Of a stretch of 64,000 nucleotides of DNA, positions 13,208-25,283 are shown piece by piece; the first letter of the stretch is position 1; every line of letters begins with the position of its first letter. The position numbers and the translations under genes were made by a program. Under the pieces are notes generated by a model. It was given only the letters and a program-made list of their open reading frames with translations, searched no databases and had not been told where the DNA came from. The stretch comes from Azolla caroliniana (Eukaryota; Plantae; Polypodiophyta): positions 15,748,001 through 15,812,000 of the forward strand of contig JBHGNT010000008.1 in assembly GCA_043228905.1 (NCBI GenBank), read 5' to 3'.

Positions 13208-16200
13208 ATGGAAGCCGGCGGCAGCGGGCAGCCGGGGATGATTGTGCTGAATGCGCAGAATTACGCCGACTGGAAGATCAAGATGGAGGATCTTCTGATT
13301 GTTCGGGACCTGTACGAACCGATTGACAGGTCGGAAATACCGAAGGGGGTACTTGAGACGGAATGGAGGCTTCTGAACCGGAAAGCCGTTGCAACCATTC
13401 GGCAATACGTCGACGTGAGTGTTCTGCAACATGTGGCGAACGACACCAACGCATATGAGATGTGGAAGAAGCTGTCGGGCCTCTACGAGAGGAAGAATGC
13501 GTTGAACCGGACTTCCCTGATGAGGAAGATAGTGAATCTCAAGTACCGGGACGGCGAGAGTATGGTGGAACACGTAAGCACGTTCATGGGATTCGTGAAC
13601 CAGCTTGTGGCGATCAAGTTCCCGTTGGAGGATGCAATGCAAGCCATCATATTGATGTGTACATTGCCGGAAAGCTGGGAGAACTTGGTGGTGACTCTCA
13701 GCACCTCCTGCACCGAAGATAACTTGTCTCTACAAACGGTAAAGACAAGTATTCTAAATGAAGAAGCGCGTCGGAGAGATAAAGAACCGGCCTCTGACTC
13801 GAAGGCGCTGCTTACCGAATCGGAACGGGGAAGACAATGGAACCGGAGTCCGCAAAGACGGGAGAAGTCGGGGACCCGGTCGCAATCAAGAGGAAGGCCC
13901 ACATGCTTCCACTGTGGGAAGCCGGGGCACTTCCGGAAGAATTGTCGGCATTACCGAAAAGACAACGGAGCCGACGACACCGATTCGAAGAAGTCACCGG
14001 AGCGAAACGGTGCATACCGGGGAGCCACGGACCGGAGAGGTCCGGATCGGCGAGGGCAGGACCGGAAAGGAACGACGGCACTCGCGGCAAGTGAAGAAGA
14101 GATAATGCTCATTACCGAAGAGACAGAGCTGAACCTTGCCGGTGAAGAGATGACCTGGGTGGTCGATTCCGGAGCGTCGTTCCACCTGACTCCGGAGAAG
14201 AAATACTTCTCATCCTACACAGCCGGTGAGCACGGCTGTGTCCAGATGGGAAATGAAGGTACGTGCCGGATTGCCGGCATAGGAGACGTGTGGCTGATGA
14301 CATCAACCGGATGCAAGATGCTGCTGAAGGATGTTCGACACGTTCCGGAGGTTCGATTGAACCTGATTTCGGCCGGGAGGCTAGACGATGAAGGCTACAC
14401 AGGTAGCATCCGGAACGGCGTAATGAAGTTCAGCAAGGGGAGCCTGATAGTGGCTCGGGCCCGGAAAGTCAACACGCTGTACCTTATGAATGCCCGGTTG
14501 TGTCCGGAAGAGTTGAACGTGGCAGCAGACACTGCCGGTGAGCTGTGGCACAAGAGACTGTGCCACATGAGTGAGAAGGGGATGAAGAGGCTTGCAGAAG
14601 ACAACCTCATTCCAGTGAAGCATGTGCACCTGGAGAAGTGCACCGATTGCCTGGCCGGTAAGCAGAACCGAACCTCCTTCCACTCAAGGCCACCGACGAG
14701 ACGTAGCGCACCATTGGAGCTGGTGCACACTGATGTGTGTCAGATAGAAACGAAGTCACATGGCGGAGCCCAGTACTTCGTAACATTCATAGATGACCAT
14801 AGCCGGAAGCTGTGGACGGCACCGTTGAAGACAAAGGACCAAGTATTGTCCGTCTTCAAAGAACTCCACGCGAGAGTGGAAAGAGAATCTGGCAAGAAGC
14901 TGAAAGTGATACGAGCGGATAACGGAGGGGAATACCGGGGGCAGTTCGCGGAGTACTGTCGCTCGAAGGGAATCCGGCTCGAGTTTACAGTGCCGAAGAC
15001 GCCGGAACTGAACGGGCTGGCCGAGAGGATGAACCGGACCATAATGGAGAGGGTCCGGAGTATGCTGGCGCATGCGAAATTACCCAAGGGGTTTTGGGCT
15101 GAGGCAATGTCGACGGCGACATACGTGATAAACAGATCACCCTCAGTACCTTTGGACGGAGACACGCCGCAGAGAGTGTGGACCGGTAAGGAAGTGTCCT
15201 ACCGGCATCTGAAGGTGTTCGGGTGTCTCGCATACGTGCATGTGGCGAAGGACCGGAGAGGAAAGTTAGATCCAAAGACCCGGCCACGCATATTCCTCGG
15301 TTACGGCGACGACAAGTTCGGCTACCGAGTATGGGACCCGGTCGACAAGAAGATATTCAGGAGTCGAGATATCATCTTCATGGAGGACAAGACACTCGCC
15401 GACTGGGAGTCGGAGAAGAAGATGAAGAGCTCCAAGTCGACCGGTGAGAATCAACTCTACGAGGAGCAGTCCCGACCGGCAAGGGACCGGTTAACACTCG
15501 AAGATCCGGCCGAAGACGGTGAAGAAACAGAACCGGCCGAAGAAGATGAAAATGATACCGGAACCGGCCCCGATCCCGAAATGGATTCGGATGAAGAAGA
15601 ATCGGAAGAACCGGTTACCGAAGCTCCGGAACGGAGATACCCTCTAAGAGAGAGAAGGGCCCCCCGGAGATTTCCGGAACCAGAGCACGTGCTGCTAACC
15701 GACGAGGGGGAGCCGGAGAGTTTTGAAGAAGCAAAGCTTGACACCCATAGCCGCAGGTGGTTAAGTGCCATGCAGGAGGAGATGGATTCCCTGCATGAGA
15801 ACCACACATATGAACTTGTGGAGTTGCCGAAAGGAAAGCAGGCACTTCGAAACAAGTGGGTTTTCAAGCTGAAACCGGGAGATGCCGGAAACCCCCCGAG
15901 ATACAAAGCCAGGATCGTGGTGAAGGGGTTCCAGCAGAAGAAGGGCGTCGACTTCGACGAGATATTTGCCCCGGTAGTGAAGATGACCTCCATCCGGACG
16001 GTGCTGAGCATAGCGGCAAGCATGGACCTCGAGGTAGAACAGATGGACGTGAAGACGGCATTCCTTCACGGTGACCTCGAAGAAGAGATCTACATGCAGC
16101 AACCGGAAGGATTCGAGAAGAAAGGGAAGGAGCACCTGGTATGCTGGTTGAAGAAGAGCCTCTACGGTCTGAAGCAGGCTCCCCGGCAATGGTACCGGAA

Positions 16201-17281
16201 GTTCGACTCCTTCATGACCGACGAAGGGTACCACAAAACGCAGTCCGATCACTGCGTGTTTGTGAAGAAGTTCGAAGGAGGAGACTCTCTAATACTCCTC
16301 CTGTACGTGGACGACATGTTGATCGTCGGACGGGACCAGGGCAAGATACGGATGCTGAAGAAAGCACTTCACCGAACCTTCTCAATGAAGGACCTGGGTC
16401 CGGCGAGGCAAATACTAGGGATGCACATCATCCGGGACCGGAAGAAGAAGCAGTTCTGGCTGTCACAGGAGAAGTACGTGACAAAGGTGCTTCACCGGTT
16501 CAACATGTCGGAAGCAAGACCGGTCGGGTCAACCCTCCCGGCAAACTGCAAGTTGTCCAGCAAGCAAAGCCCCAAGACAAAGGCTGAGAAGGAGGACATG
16601 ATGAAAGTACCATATGCCTCTGCCGTCGGAAGCTTGATGTACGCAATGGTGTGTACAAGACCGGACATAGGATATGCAGTCGGAGTGGTGAGCCGGTACA
16701 TGAGCAATCCCGACAAGGAGCACTGGAACGCGGTCAAGTGGATACTCCGATACCTGAAGGGCACGACAAACGTGTGCCTCCGATTCGGCTCCGGTAAGCC
16801 TGAACTCGATGGAGTTACCGATTCGGATATGTCGGCTGATGCAGATACCAGCCGGTCCACATCAGGGTATGTGATGACGTATGCAGGGGGAGCTGTTTCG
16901 TGGCAGTCGAGGCTGCAGAAGACGGTTGCGTTGTCAACCACGGAGGCGGAGTACATGGCGGCTGTCGAAGCCGACAAGGAAATAATATGGATGAAGGACT
17001 TCATTAGAGAGCTCGGTATCCGGCAGGAGGAGTACCGACTCTACTGCGACAGTCAGAGTGCCATCCACCTTGCGAAGAACGCGGCCTATCACTCCCGAAC
17101 GAAGCACATCCAGCGAAGATATCACTGGATCCGGGAAAGGATAGAAGACAAGGAGTTCGTGCTGACGAAGATCCACACGGACGAGAACGGGTCAGATATG
17201 CTGACCAAAGTGCTCACACCCGACAAGCTGGAAGCGTGCCGGAAGAGGGTCGGACTGGAAAGACATCCCATGCCGAAGTGA
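13208..17281 (+). CDS. Copia Gag-Pol polyprotein (Gag, zinc knuckle, protease, integrase, RT, RNase H)
   Basis: First ATG after the PBS at 13208. Motifs: CFHCGKPGHFRKNC, WVVDSGAS, HKRLCH...CTDC, HTDV/RADNGGEY/AERMN, LYVDDM, TDSD...STTEAEY. Copia domain order PR-INT-RT-RH. Confidence 0.96.
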   Translation: MEAGGSGQPGMIVLNAQNYADWKIKMEDLLIVRDLYEPIDRSEIPKGVLETEWRLLNRKAVATIRQYVDVSVLQHVANDTNAYEMWKKLSGLYERKNALNRTSLMRKIVNLKYRDGESMVEHVSTFMGFVNQLVAIKFPLEDAMQAIILMCTLPESWENLVVTLSTSCTEDNLSLQTVKTSILNEEARRRDKEPASDSKALLTESERGRQWNRSPQRREKSGTRSQSRGRPTCFHCGKPGHFRKNCRHYRKDNGADDTDSKKSPERNGAYRGATDRRGPDRRGQDRKGTTALAASEEEIMLITEETELNLAGEEMTWVVDSGASFHLTPEKKYFSSYTAGEHGCVQMGNEGTCRIAGIGDVWLMTSTGCKMLLKDVRHVPEVRLNLISAGRLDDEGYTGSIRNGVMKFSKGSLIVARARKVNTLYLMNARLCPEELNVAADTAGELWHKRLCHMSEKGMKRLAEDNLIPVKHVHLEKCTDCLAGKQNRTSFHSRPPTRRSAPLELVHTDVCQIETKSHGGAQYFVTFIDDHSRKLWTAPLKTKDQVLSVFKELHARVERESGKKLKVIRADNGGEYRGQFAEYCRSKGIRLEFTVPKTPELNGLAERMNRTIMERVRSMLAHAKLPKGFWAEAMSTATYVINRSPSVPLDGDTPQRVWTGKEVSYRHLKVFGCLAYVHVAKDRRGKLDPKTRPRIFLGYGDDKFGYRVWDPVDKKIFRSRDIIFMEDKTLADWESEKKMKSSKSTGENQLYEEQSRPARDRLTLEDPAEDGEETEPAEEDENDTGTGPDPEMDSDEEESEEPVTEAPERRYPLRERRAPRRFPEPEHVLLTDEGEPESFEEAKLDTHSRRWLSAMQEEMDSLHENHTYELVELPKGKQALRNKWVFKLKPGDAGNPPRYKARIVVKGFQQKKGVDFDEIFAPVVKMTSIRTVLSIAASMDLEVEQMDVKTAFLHGDLEEEIYMQQPEGFEKKGKEHLVCWLKKSLYGLKQAPRQWYRKFDSFMTDEGYHKTQSDHCVFVKKFEGGDSLILLLYVDDMLIVGRDQGKIRMLKKALHRTFSMKDLGPARQILGMHIIRDRKKKQFWLSQEKYVTKVLHRFNMSEARPVGSTLPANCKLSSKQSPKTKAEKEDMMKVPYASAVGSLMYAMVCTRPDIGYAVGVVSRYMSNPDKEHWNAVKWILRYLKGTTNVCLRFGSGKPELDGVTDSDMSADADTSRSTSGYVMTYAGGAVSWQSRLQKTVALSTTEAEYMAAVEADKEIIWMKDFIRELGIRQEEYRLYCDSQSAIHLAKNAAYHSRTKHIQRRYHWIRERIEDKEFVLTKIHTDENGSDMLTKVLTPDKLEACRKRVGLERHPMPK

Positions 17282-19212
17282 AGGGGGAGTTTGTTGGGAT
17301 TACGGTCCCTCCGGATGGGATAGTCAGATGTCCGGGAATCAGGATGAAGACCCGGTTACGGAACCGGATGATGAAGACCCCGGTTACGGAACCGGATGAT
17401 GAAGACCCGGTTACGGAACCAGATGATGAAGACCCGGCTACGGAGCCGGATGACGAAGACCCGGCTACGGAGCCGGATGATGAAGACCCGGCTACGGAGC
17501 CGGATGACGAATGTACCCGGAGAGAGATCCGGATGCGGGGACATATTTGTGAATATGTTTGCCAAGGGCCCTTTGAGGCTATATTTGTAAATAGCCCGAA
17601 AGTCATATGCGTATAAATATGACTTAGGGCAAACAGTTTGTGTCGCTACTCATTTTTCTGTTTTTCCACTCAAGAGGAGTGAAGAGAGAGCAGCCGAGAG
17701 AGAGATAGAGCGTGAGGGAGGAAGAGGTCGACGCCTCTGTGTAATACCGCCGCCTGTGGCGAGGATAGCGAGCTCAAGGTCGTCGCCTTGCAGCTCGCCA
17801 TTGTATACTTCTCTGTGCATAGTTTTGGTTTGGAGTCTGGCACTCCCGTGGTTTTTCCCGTATAGGGTTTTCCACGTTAATCCCTGTGTTATCGTGTCTT
17901 TCTCTGTATTTCCCATTCTCTGTAACAACGATTCGTGTGTTTCCTCGGTTGTGGCCGAGTGGTGAAGGTAAATCGGAGCGTCGATTCTACAACACCCTTG
18001 CCCAATTCCATTAAAAGCTTTGGCAATCATGCAAGAAAGAACGAAGACAAGCGTATTGTAGATGCTAGTTAGTTTGGAATTATAGTGTTTTGATTCAAAT
18101 GACCTTGATCGTGTGGATGTGTACAGAATGCATAATATGGGTTCATCTCATGTTGACACCTCTTGATCAACAGTTTAAAAAGGCTTTTTGGTGGTCTGGA
18201 TTGTGTGTTAACAACGATATGGTGTGTTAAGATTCAAGAGTATGCACGAATTAGTTTCATGTCGACACATCCTGAGTTATTTTTTACTACATTCTAAGTT
18301 TTGTTTTGTTTTGTTTATTTACATTTGATGTACAACGGTTAGGTTAACTACCTTCCAAACAATAGATGGGTTTGACCCCTGGTGGATACTTTTTGTACCT
18401 TCACGTGTGTCGCATGTTGCAATAGACATGGGTTTGGCTCCCAGTGGATGCATAATTTGACTATATAAAACCCGACTTTTTTGCATTTTCATGTATAATA
18501 CATACCCCCCAATTATAAACAAATCATATTCTCGTACAACCTTTGAATTGTATATTATTAAACATGATGAACATATCTACTATCTAGTACCATCTTTGAA
18601 TTGTCTATTGTTAAATATGATGAACATATGTTTGGTGCATGAAAATGTAAACTTTAGAGCGCCATTTCCTACATCAATGCCCAAGTCTTCCTAATTTTCA
18701 CAAGAGAAATGGAAAATAGAATCATTGCATTATTGAGAAAACATTTCCTTGATGAAATTGAAATAATTGAAATTGCGTCCCTCAACGTTGATCTGATTGA
18801 TGCCATACTTTGACATTTCCAATGATACAAAAGTCTTGCAAAAACATGCAAAGTAAATATACTTAACATTGCTATTTGGATCAATACAAATATTAAATGA
18901 TGTCGTTAGCTATAATATAATGCTATTGTGACACTCAACTTGTCAACAATTTTTGGAGATGTCCAATAGCCAAAAAATAATTCCAAAAATAAAGATTTAG
19001 AAATTAAATGAGAAATGTAACAAATGTGAATAATTTGTTGTTACTTGTGTCATATGATGATCATGATGTAACATGTGTTTCTATAAACTTGACTAACCTA
19101 TAGGAATGGGGATGCTTGTATCCGAGTTTGCAAGAAGACCAGCACCTTGGAAGCCCGGAGGAAAAGGTTAATATAATATTAGAGCTTACCTATTGCGGAT
19201 GTACTAGATGCT

Positions 19213-20394
19213 TTACACCGAGTTTGCGAAACTCGTTAGGAAGCTCGGGAAAGGGTGGGAAAAGGACACATTCGAGTTCTCGACCCCATGAAGGAAGAGG
19301 TCTACGAGAACTCTATTCACGGCATCGGTCATGTGAACACCATCCCAACCAATGTATGTCCAAGGGTCCCAACAATGGGTCCGACCTGTGGCATCATAGC
19401 AATAAGTGTCTATGAGGTTATAGAACCCAAATTCGGGCGCGTGGGCGAGGATGTATCGGAACGCGGCCGAGCTATCGAGGAAGACGATGGAGACGGACGG
19501 GTGCCGGGCCGAGATGGCCGGGATGATCGCGGACTGGATGAGCTGGTTCTGGAGGTCACTTATGGCATTCACGGACACGACGCAACCCAAGTCATCGAAA
19601 TCGGATGGGGCCGAGTTGCGCTCGGCCCGTCTCCCGATCACATAAGAAGGCAAGCAGCCTATCGGGAATTGGCCTTGGATCACAACCCGGGTGATGGGGG
19701 CCGATCCGAGATCGACGGACAGGATGCGATCGAGCTGGGCGGTCATCGCGGCGATGACCGAGGGTAACAAGCGCTCGCGGATGAATTCGTCGGGCCGGCC
19801 ATCCCGGAGCGCAAAGTGGAGGTCATTACCGCCATTCTCCCCGAAGAAGATGAGGGAGGTCCCGACGCGCTCGATGCCGTACACCGCCCCGGCCTCGAAC
19901 CACCCGGCTTGGACATCTAGTGAGTCCGGGGTGGAGGAGGTGAGGCCCGCGACTTCCTCGAGCGCACGCGGGTCGAGTGCGGCCGACCCCGAGACCGCGT
20001 AATTCTGGCCCGAGGGCCCGGACCCACCGGACCCGGACCCGGACCCGGTGCCGAGATGAGGGGGTAGGAGGGATCCCCCGAATGCGAGGAGGCATAGCCA
20101 GTCGATGACCAGCCGGCCGTCACAACGCCGGCCCGCACCCCGCCCCGGCCATGTCATGCCGAACGGGTACTGTAACACGTCGCCGTCGTCCGATGGGTCC
20201 GAGATCGGGCTGTTCCCCGTGTCCGTGTTGGAGTCGCCGAATGCAAAGACATACGTCGGCAATGCCGCACTGCCGGTGCCGGCTGCCGAGGAAGCTGTAA
20301 TGCTTGTTTGTGTTGTTAGACATATTAAGGTGGATGCTATGAGGAGGAGGATATGAAGGTGATGATAATGTAGTGAGGGTGATGAGGTTGCCAT
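19213..20394 (-). CDS. GDSL/SGNH esterase-lipase, probably secreted, single exon
   Basis: 393-aa ORF with a hydrophobic signal-like N-terminus. Block I FAFGDSNTDTGN, GRRCDGRLVID, NYAVSGS, block III GGND, PIGCLP, block V WDGVHMT. Confidence 0.93.
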   Translation of the reverse strand: MATSSPSLHYHHLHILLLIASTLICLTTQTSITASSAAGTGSAALPTYVFAFGDSNTDTGNSPISDPSDDGDVLQYPFGMTWPGRGAGRRCDGRLVIDWLCLLAFGGSLLPPHLGTGSGSGSGGSGPSGQNYAVSGSAALDPRALEEVAGLTSSTPDSLDVQAGWFEAGAVYGIERVGTSLIFFGENGGNDLHFALRDGRPDEFIRERLLPSVIAAMTAQLDRILSVDLGSAPITRVVIQGQFPIGCLPSYVIGRRAERNSAPSDFDDLGCVVSVNAISDLQNQLIQSAIIPAISARHPSVSIVFLDSSAAFRYILAHAPEFGFYNLIDTYCYDATGRTHCWDPWTYIGWDGVHMTDAVNRVLVDLFLHGVENSNVSFSHPFPSFLTSFANSV

Positions 20395-20427
20395 AGTTTC
20401 CTTTCTTCTTCACTTCACTACCCTCTC

Positions 20428-20431
<4 letters not shown>

Positions 20432-20468
<37 letters not shown>

Positions 20469-20664
20469 TGTGTATATATATGTGTGCTTTTTTTTTAAAG
20501 CTAAATATATTTGTATGTATGTATGTATGCTTATACATATGTGTGTGTGTATGTATGTATATGTATGTATGCATGCTTATACATGTACGGATGCTAGCTT
20601 ATATATGTGTGTAATATGTATGCATGCATGCTTATGTATGTATGTATGTATGTATGTATGTATG
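20432..20664. repeat. (AT)n and degenerate (TATG)n microsatellites upstream of the GDSL gene
   Basis: Directly visible. Confidence 0.9.
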
Positions 20665-23267
20665 AGTGTAGGTGTATTTGCAACATTTCTTGTGATGAGT
20701 AAGTTGTGTTTTGTTTGTATTTTTACGCACATCATTAGGGGAGAGTATCTATGCTTCTCTCGAACACATGTTTCTTGAACAACCTTGCATTTAACATGAT
20801 TTCATTCCAAAAAAAGTTGGTCTTTCAGAGGGGTTGGGGGGGGGGGGGTTATCCGATGTAGGGCTGACTCCCCCATTGTTGTCGATTCATGTGTGAAGTG
20901 TACTCAATTCCCATCTATTCTCAAACCCTCTGGGTTCAAAAGCCATATGTTCTGCGAGGATAATGTTAGTTAAATGTCAGTGTAATGATCTCAAACTAAA
21001 AGTATGACTACATTTTTTAGAACGACTCTCCTCCACATGATCAAATTTACATTTAGATTATACTCGAAATTTCATTTCAAGTTCTCCAATAAAAATGTAG
21101 ATGCTTTCCTTTTATTTATTTGTGTTTGTTTCAATCGACCAATCTCGGAATTCATGCCGACCTTAATGCATGACTAATTGTCACATACAAAACATTTTAA
21201 AATCTAAAGTGTCCAACTTTGTTGTCATCTACTTGATGTATATATTACAAGTTTCTTTTTTAATTGTTTTCAACCCATGGGTCATGGATTGAAATGAATT
21301 TCTAAAAGCCTATCTTCTGGATGACATTGGTATTATGGTGATATGAAACTAACAACTGAATGTGTTAATGAACGAGAAGTGTACTCGATGTTGATGATTA
21401 CATTTGGCTTCAACAAATTTTCCTAACAAAATGTTGCCTTGCATCCACTCATGCATTTAGTCCATATCAATGTGAGTCGGACTAACAGTGGCCTTAGTGT
21501 GTTATTACGTGTTGCATCTATTTTTTCGTACTAAAAATCCGAAATCTCTATTTCAAGTTTTTTCCTATTTAGTTAAACTTGTGTGAGGGATCTTTATTTC
21601 ATTTTCTAGTTTGAACATCTACGAACAATTTTATCATGTTGTTACTAGATCATATCATGATATTGTATATTTATCTTTGCCTTTCTTGCCCTCCATTATG
21701 ATTTCTTCGAACTTCCAGAGGAGCGAGTCTTATGGTTCTCTCAACTTACTTCTATCCTTCATGAATTTCTTGACTTCTTTCACTTGTAAGTTACCTCTCT
21801 TTAATGGTCACTAAGGATTCTGGTTTTGAATATCTTAGTTAACTCCTATGTTGTTATCATTTCAATGTTATTGTCCTCCCTATATTACTATTAATTGATG
21901 GATTTTTCCTTCCCATTCAAAACTCTTGTTCTATCATCATCCATGTAATGGTTTATATCTTTCATTAATTTTGCTCTCTTCATGTCCTCTTTTTTACCAT
22001 TCATTAGGTTTAGGATGTAATCTTGTAAAGAAGGCATATTTTAGGAATGTCAGTTAATTATTAGTGTAATGACATTATATAATGGTATTTCTTTAACAAA
22101 AATATTTTTGCATGAATTGTATATGCATTTTAGTTCTAGCTTCATATTCAATAAATCTCTTCGAGGAACTTTAATGTGTTCCTTTGATTAGTCATTTTGA
22201 ATTAATAGTCTACTTAATTCATGGTCAATTATCACATATAAAATATTTTCGCCCACAAATGCGCCAACGTATTGAACTTAGGCATCAAGGATTCGTCAAC
22301 ATATTTCAGCTTTCTTTTGGGATCATTTGCAACACGTCAATGAAAGTAAAGGTGCTAATTAACTCTTTGAGTAAGATAATATAATCAATGAAGATAAATT
22401 TGCTTATAGGGAGTTTGCATGAGTGGCGAGGAAACTTCAACGGGTGTTTAAAAATCCATTGTGTTTACATGCCAATAGTTATATGGACACCACCCCAAGT
22501 CATAAATCATTGTTTGCAAGGATTCATGGTCAGTTCAAATTACTAAGACATATGATGACATGAAACATAAGGGAAATGACCTTGGCTAACATCTTACGTG
22601 ATGCAATTGGGGTAAAGTCAATACACATTGTGCGACCAAGCTTATAACCATTGTAAAAACATAATGATACGTACACCAATAAATAAAATGGAGGTGGTTT
22701 AAAGATACATTGATATACCTCACTTACAATTAGAGTAAAGATTGTGAAGAACTAGAGAATATTGCTCTATGAAGAATCAACGTATATACGTAATGGAATA
22801 ATAGATGTTTCTTAGTATGTGTGTTTGGGGGGGGGGGGGGAGAGAGGGGAGAGAGAGAGAGAGGATTCTATTATCGTCCGTTGAGGTCAAATATGACCTA
22901 TGAGACCAAAATTATTACATTCACATAATACATGTGAAAGTGAGTAGCGACTCCACATGTTCAAGAACTTTACCAAAGTACCAAATATTAAGAGCTTCTA
23001 TTTACAAATGGGGGGGAATTACAATAAGGTGCAACTCAAAATTAATCAACTACCAACGAACACTTTATACAAAGGAACTTGATTTATATAGTTTTACCTT
23101 CTCACTATTTTGTAACTACCTTCTCACTTCTTGTCATGATGGAGAGTGGATGGGTGACAAGTGTTATTCTCTTTAGATTGAATACTTCTACATATGAAAA
23201 GGGAGGCTGCATTCTTAAAGTTTGTTAAGGGAGGTGGTCTTCAATGCACACAAGTGGTCCCACCAAG

Positions 23268-23670
23268 TAACAATCAACAACAGTTCGGTTTGGTTCAAGA
23301 GTGTCAAAACCGAACTGTTTAAACATTTTCAAACTTGAACCGAACCACGAAATTGTTAAACTGAACCATCTTAAAAAATTGAAACCATTAAACTGTTAAA
23401 ACCGCAGTTTCATGGTTCGGTTTCGTTTTTTAAACTTAGGTCAAGATTCAAATTTTAAAATTTTAAAATTTTCATTATTTTTAATTTGAAGTTCTCAAAA
23501 TTTTAAAGATTTTCCTAAAATGTGAGAATAAGGCTTGAAAATGAAAAGATTGCTTTAATAATAATAATAAAACTGTTAAATAGTTTAAACCGCAGTTTCT
23601 AATTGTTGAAAGAGAACCGAACCATTTAAACCGTTAAGCCGTGGTTTCACGGTTAGGTTCGGTTCAAACC
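23268..23670. mobile_element. MITE copy (AACCG/CGGTT-rich family), one end lost or degenerate
   Basis: Starts TAACAATCAACAACAGTTCGG and is collinear with the reverse complement of the complete copy at 60354-60827. Confidence 0.75.
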
Positions 23671-25009
23671 TAAGGATGTATTCACACACAATGCCAATGG
23701 TTGGGCTTTCTATCTCAAGACACCTTTTCAAGCTTGGTTATGTTATATCATCATGTGTTGTTCTTCTAAATAACATTGTAATATCAGTAAGGAAATCAAC
23801 CACTTCAAACTTAGAGTAGTTAATATCCTAATAGACTCATAAGGCAAGTATGATACTCATGTGTAAAGGGTCAAACCAACTTCAATGAAGTTATGGTGGG
23901 TGTTGGAGGTACGATCTCACGTCATCACCCACCTTTTAAAATAGCAATGGTTAGCAAGCTACAACTTCACTTGGTCAGCAAGCTACTTAAAATTAGTTGG
24001 CTCTTCGTAATGAGGAAACCACCTAGTTAGATAGGAAGGTAATTACATATAATCCTTACAATAACAAATAAGCTTTGGTTTTGGGTGGCCTAGACAAAAT
24101 GAATGGATTGAATGGGATTGAAGGCCGAGGGTATGTAAGCTTTGACAATCCTTTCTATCCTTCAATCAATCAAGAGAATATCTCATCTCGCAACAAAGTC
24201 CAGTTTTCATTTCTAGCGTAAAAATCCCTTCAATGAAATAAAATCTGAAGAAGAAAGGGCAAAAATCACACCATCACAACCTCTTTTACATTAGTTTGGG
24301 TGTTTTCCCGCTTTTCTAAACTTGGAGTTTGTTTTTCTCATTGTACATGGGCACCTAGTTTTCGGAGACCTTTCATCATCCTAGTTATCATGTGTTTTTT
24401 TTCATTTTCTTTCAAGTAAGTCTTGAACTTAAAACTTTTGTTTTAGTAACATTTTTACCAATCATTTTTTATTGAGCATCAAACTAACTTCCTTCATTGT
24501 TTCCTCTTGTTATGCACATGCCACGACATGACAATGGTTAGTTTGATGTTGCTCACTTCTATAGTGATTTCCTCCATTGTTTCTAATTCAAACATGTAGT
24601 AGACCAAGGCGTCCTAAACAAGAGAGAGCATTAGGGAAGGTTGGATTAGGCAAACGTAGTCACATAATTGTTACCCTTAGGGGTTTATAGTTGAAGCCAA
24701 AGGTCGAAAGGGCCGATGGTCAGAAAGAAGTATGAAAGGGTCGAAGACCGAAATAATTATATATTGTGGAATTATGTAAAGTTGAATTATATATTGCCGA
24801 AATATGTATAATAGATTTAATGTAAAATAGAGAGGATCCAAAACGGTATGTCTGTATGATGACATTGTAACTTTTAGATTCAAAACGTTGTGTCGGATGG
24901 CATTGTAACTACTATTGCTTTCCTATATAAAGGGAGCGTGTTCATTGTATCAACAAGACTTAATAGAGAAATATTTCTTGGTTATACATTGTCAGTTTTT
25001 GTGTCTGTG

Positions 25010-25283
25010 TAACAATCGGTGACGGTTTGGTCCGGTTTGAGAGTGTCCAAACCGAACCGGTTTGAAACCAAACTATTTAAAAATTTTGAAACCTGAACCG
25101 AACCATGAAACTGTTAAACTGAAACCATTTAAACCGAACGATTCAGTAAAAATCCAAACCGTTAAACCATTAAACCGCTACAACCACGGTTTTGTGGTTC
25201 GGTTTCGGTTTTCAACTTAGGTCAAAATTCAAATTTAAAATTTAAAATTTTCAAAATTTTAAAGATTTTCCCTAAAATGTGGG
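25010..25283. mobile_element. Truncated MITE copy of the same family
   Basis: TAACAATCGGTGACGGTTTGG...AAAGATTTTCCCTAAAATGTG aligns with the 23268 copy and with the reverse complement of the 60354-60827 copy. Confidence 0.75.

Larger units (their letters stand above)
12475..17994 (+). mobile_element. Full-length Ty1/Copia LTR retrotransposon (Tnt1/Tork-like), young
   Basis: 703-bp LTRs 12475-13177 and 17292-17994 (TGTTG...CAACA; about 5 differences by eye). PBS TGGTATCAGAGC (tRNA-iMet) at 13181. PPT GAAGGGGGAG before the 3' LTR. Single intact gag-pol ORF. Confidence 0.98.

Noticed and set aside
19213-20394. Horizontal transfer of the GDSL gene from bacteria
   Set aside because: Motif layout and Cys pattern (PIGCLP, DDLGC) are plant-type, and the native psaD has similar GC content.
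24595-25009. Possible solo LTR (TGTAG start, TATATAAA box)
   Set aside because: The right end and TSD could not be located because a MITE fragment interrupts it.
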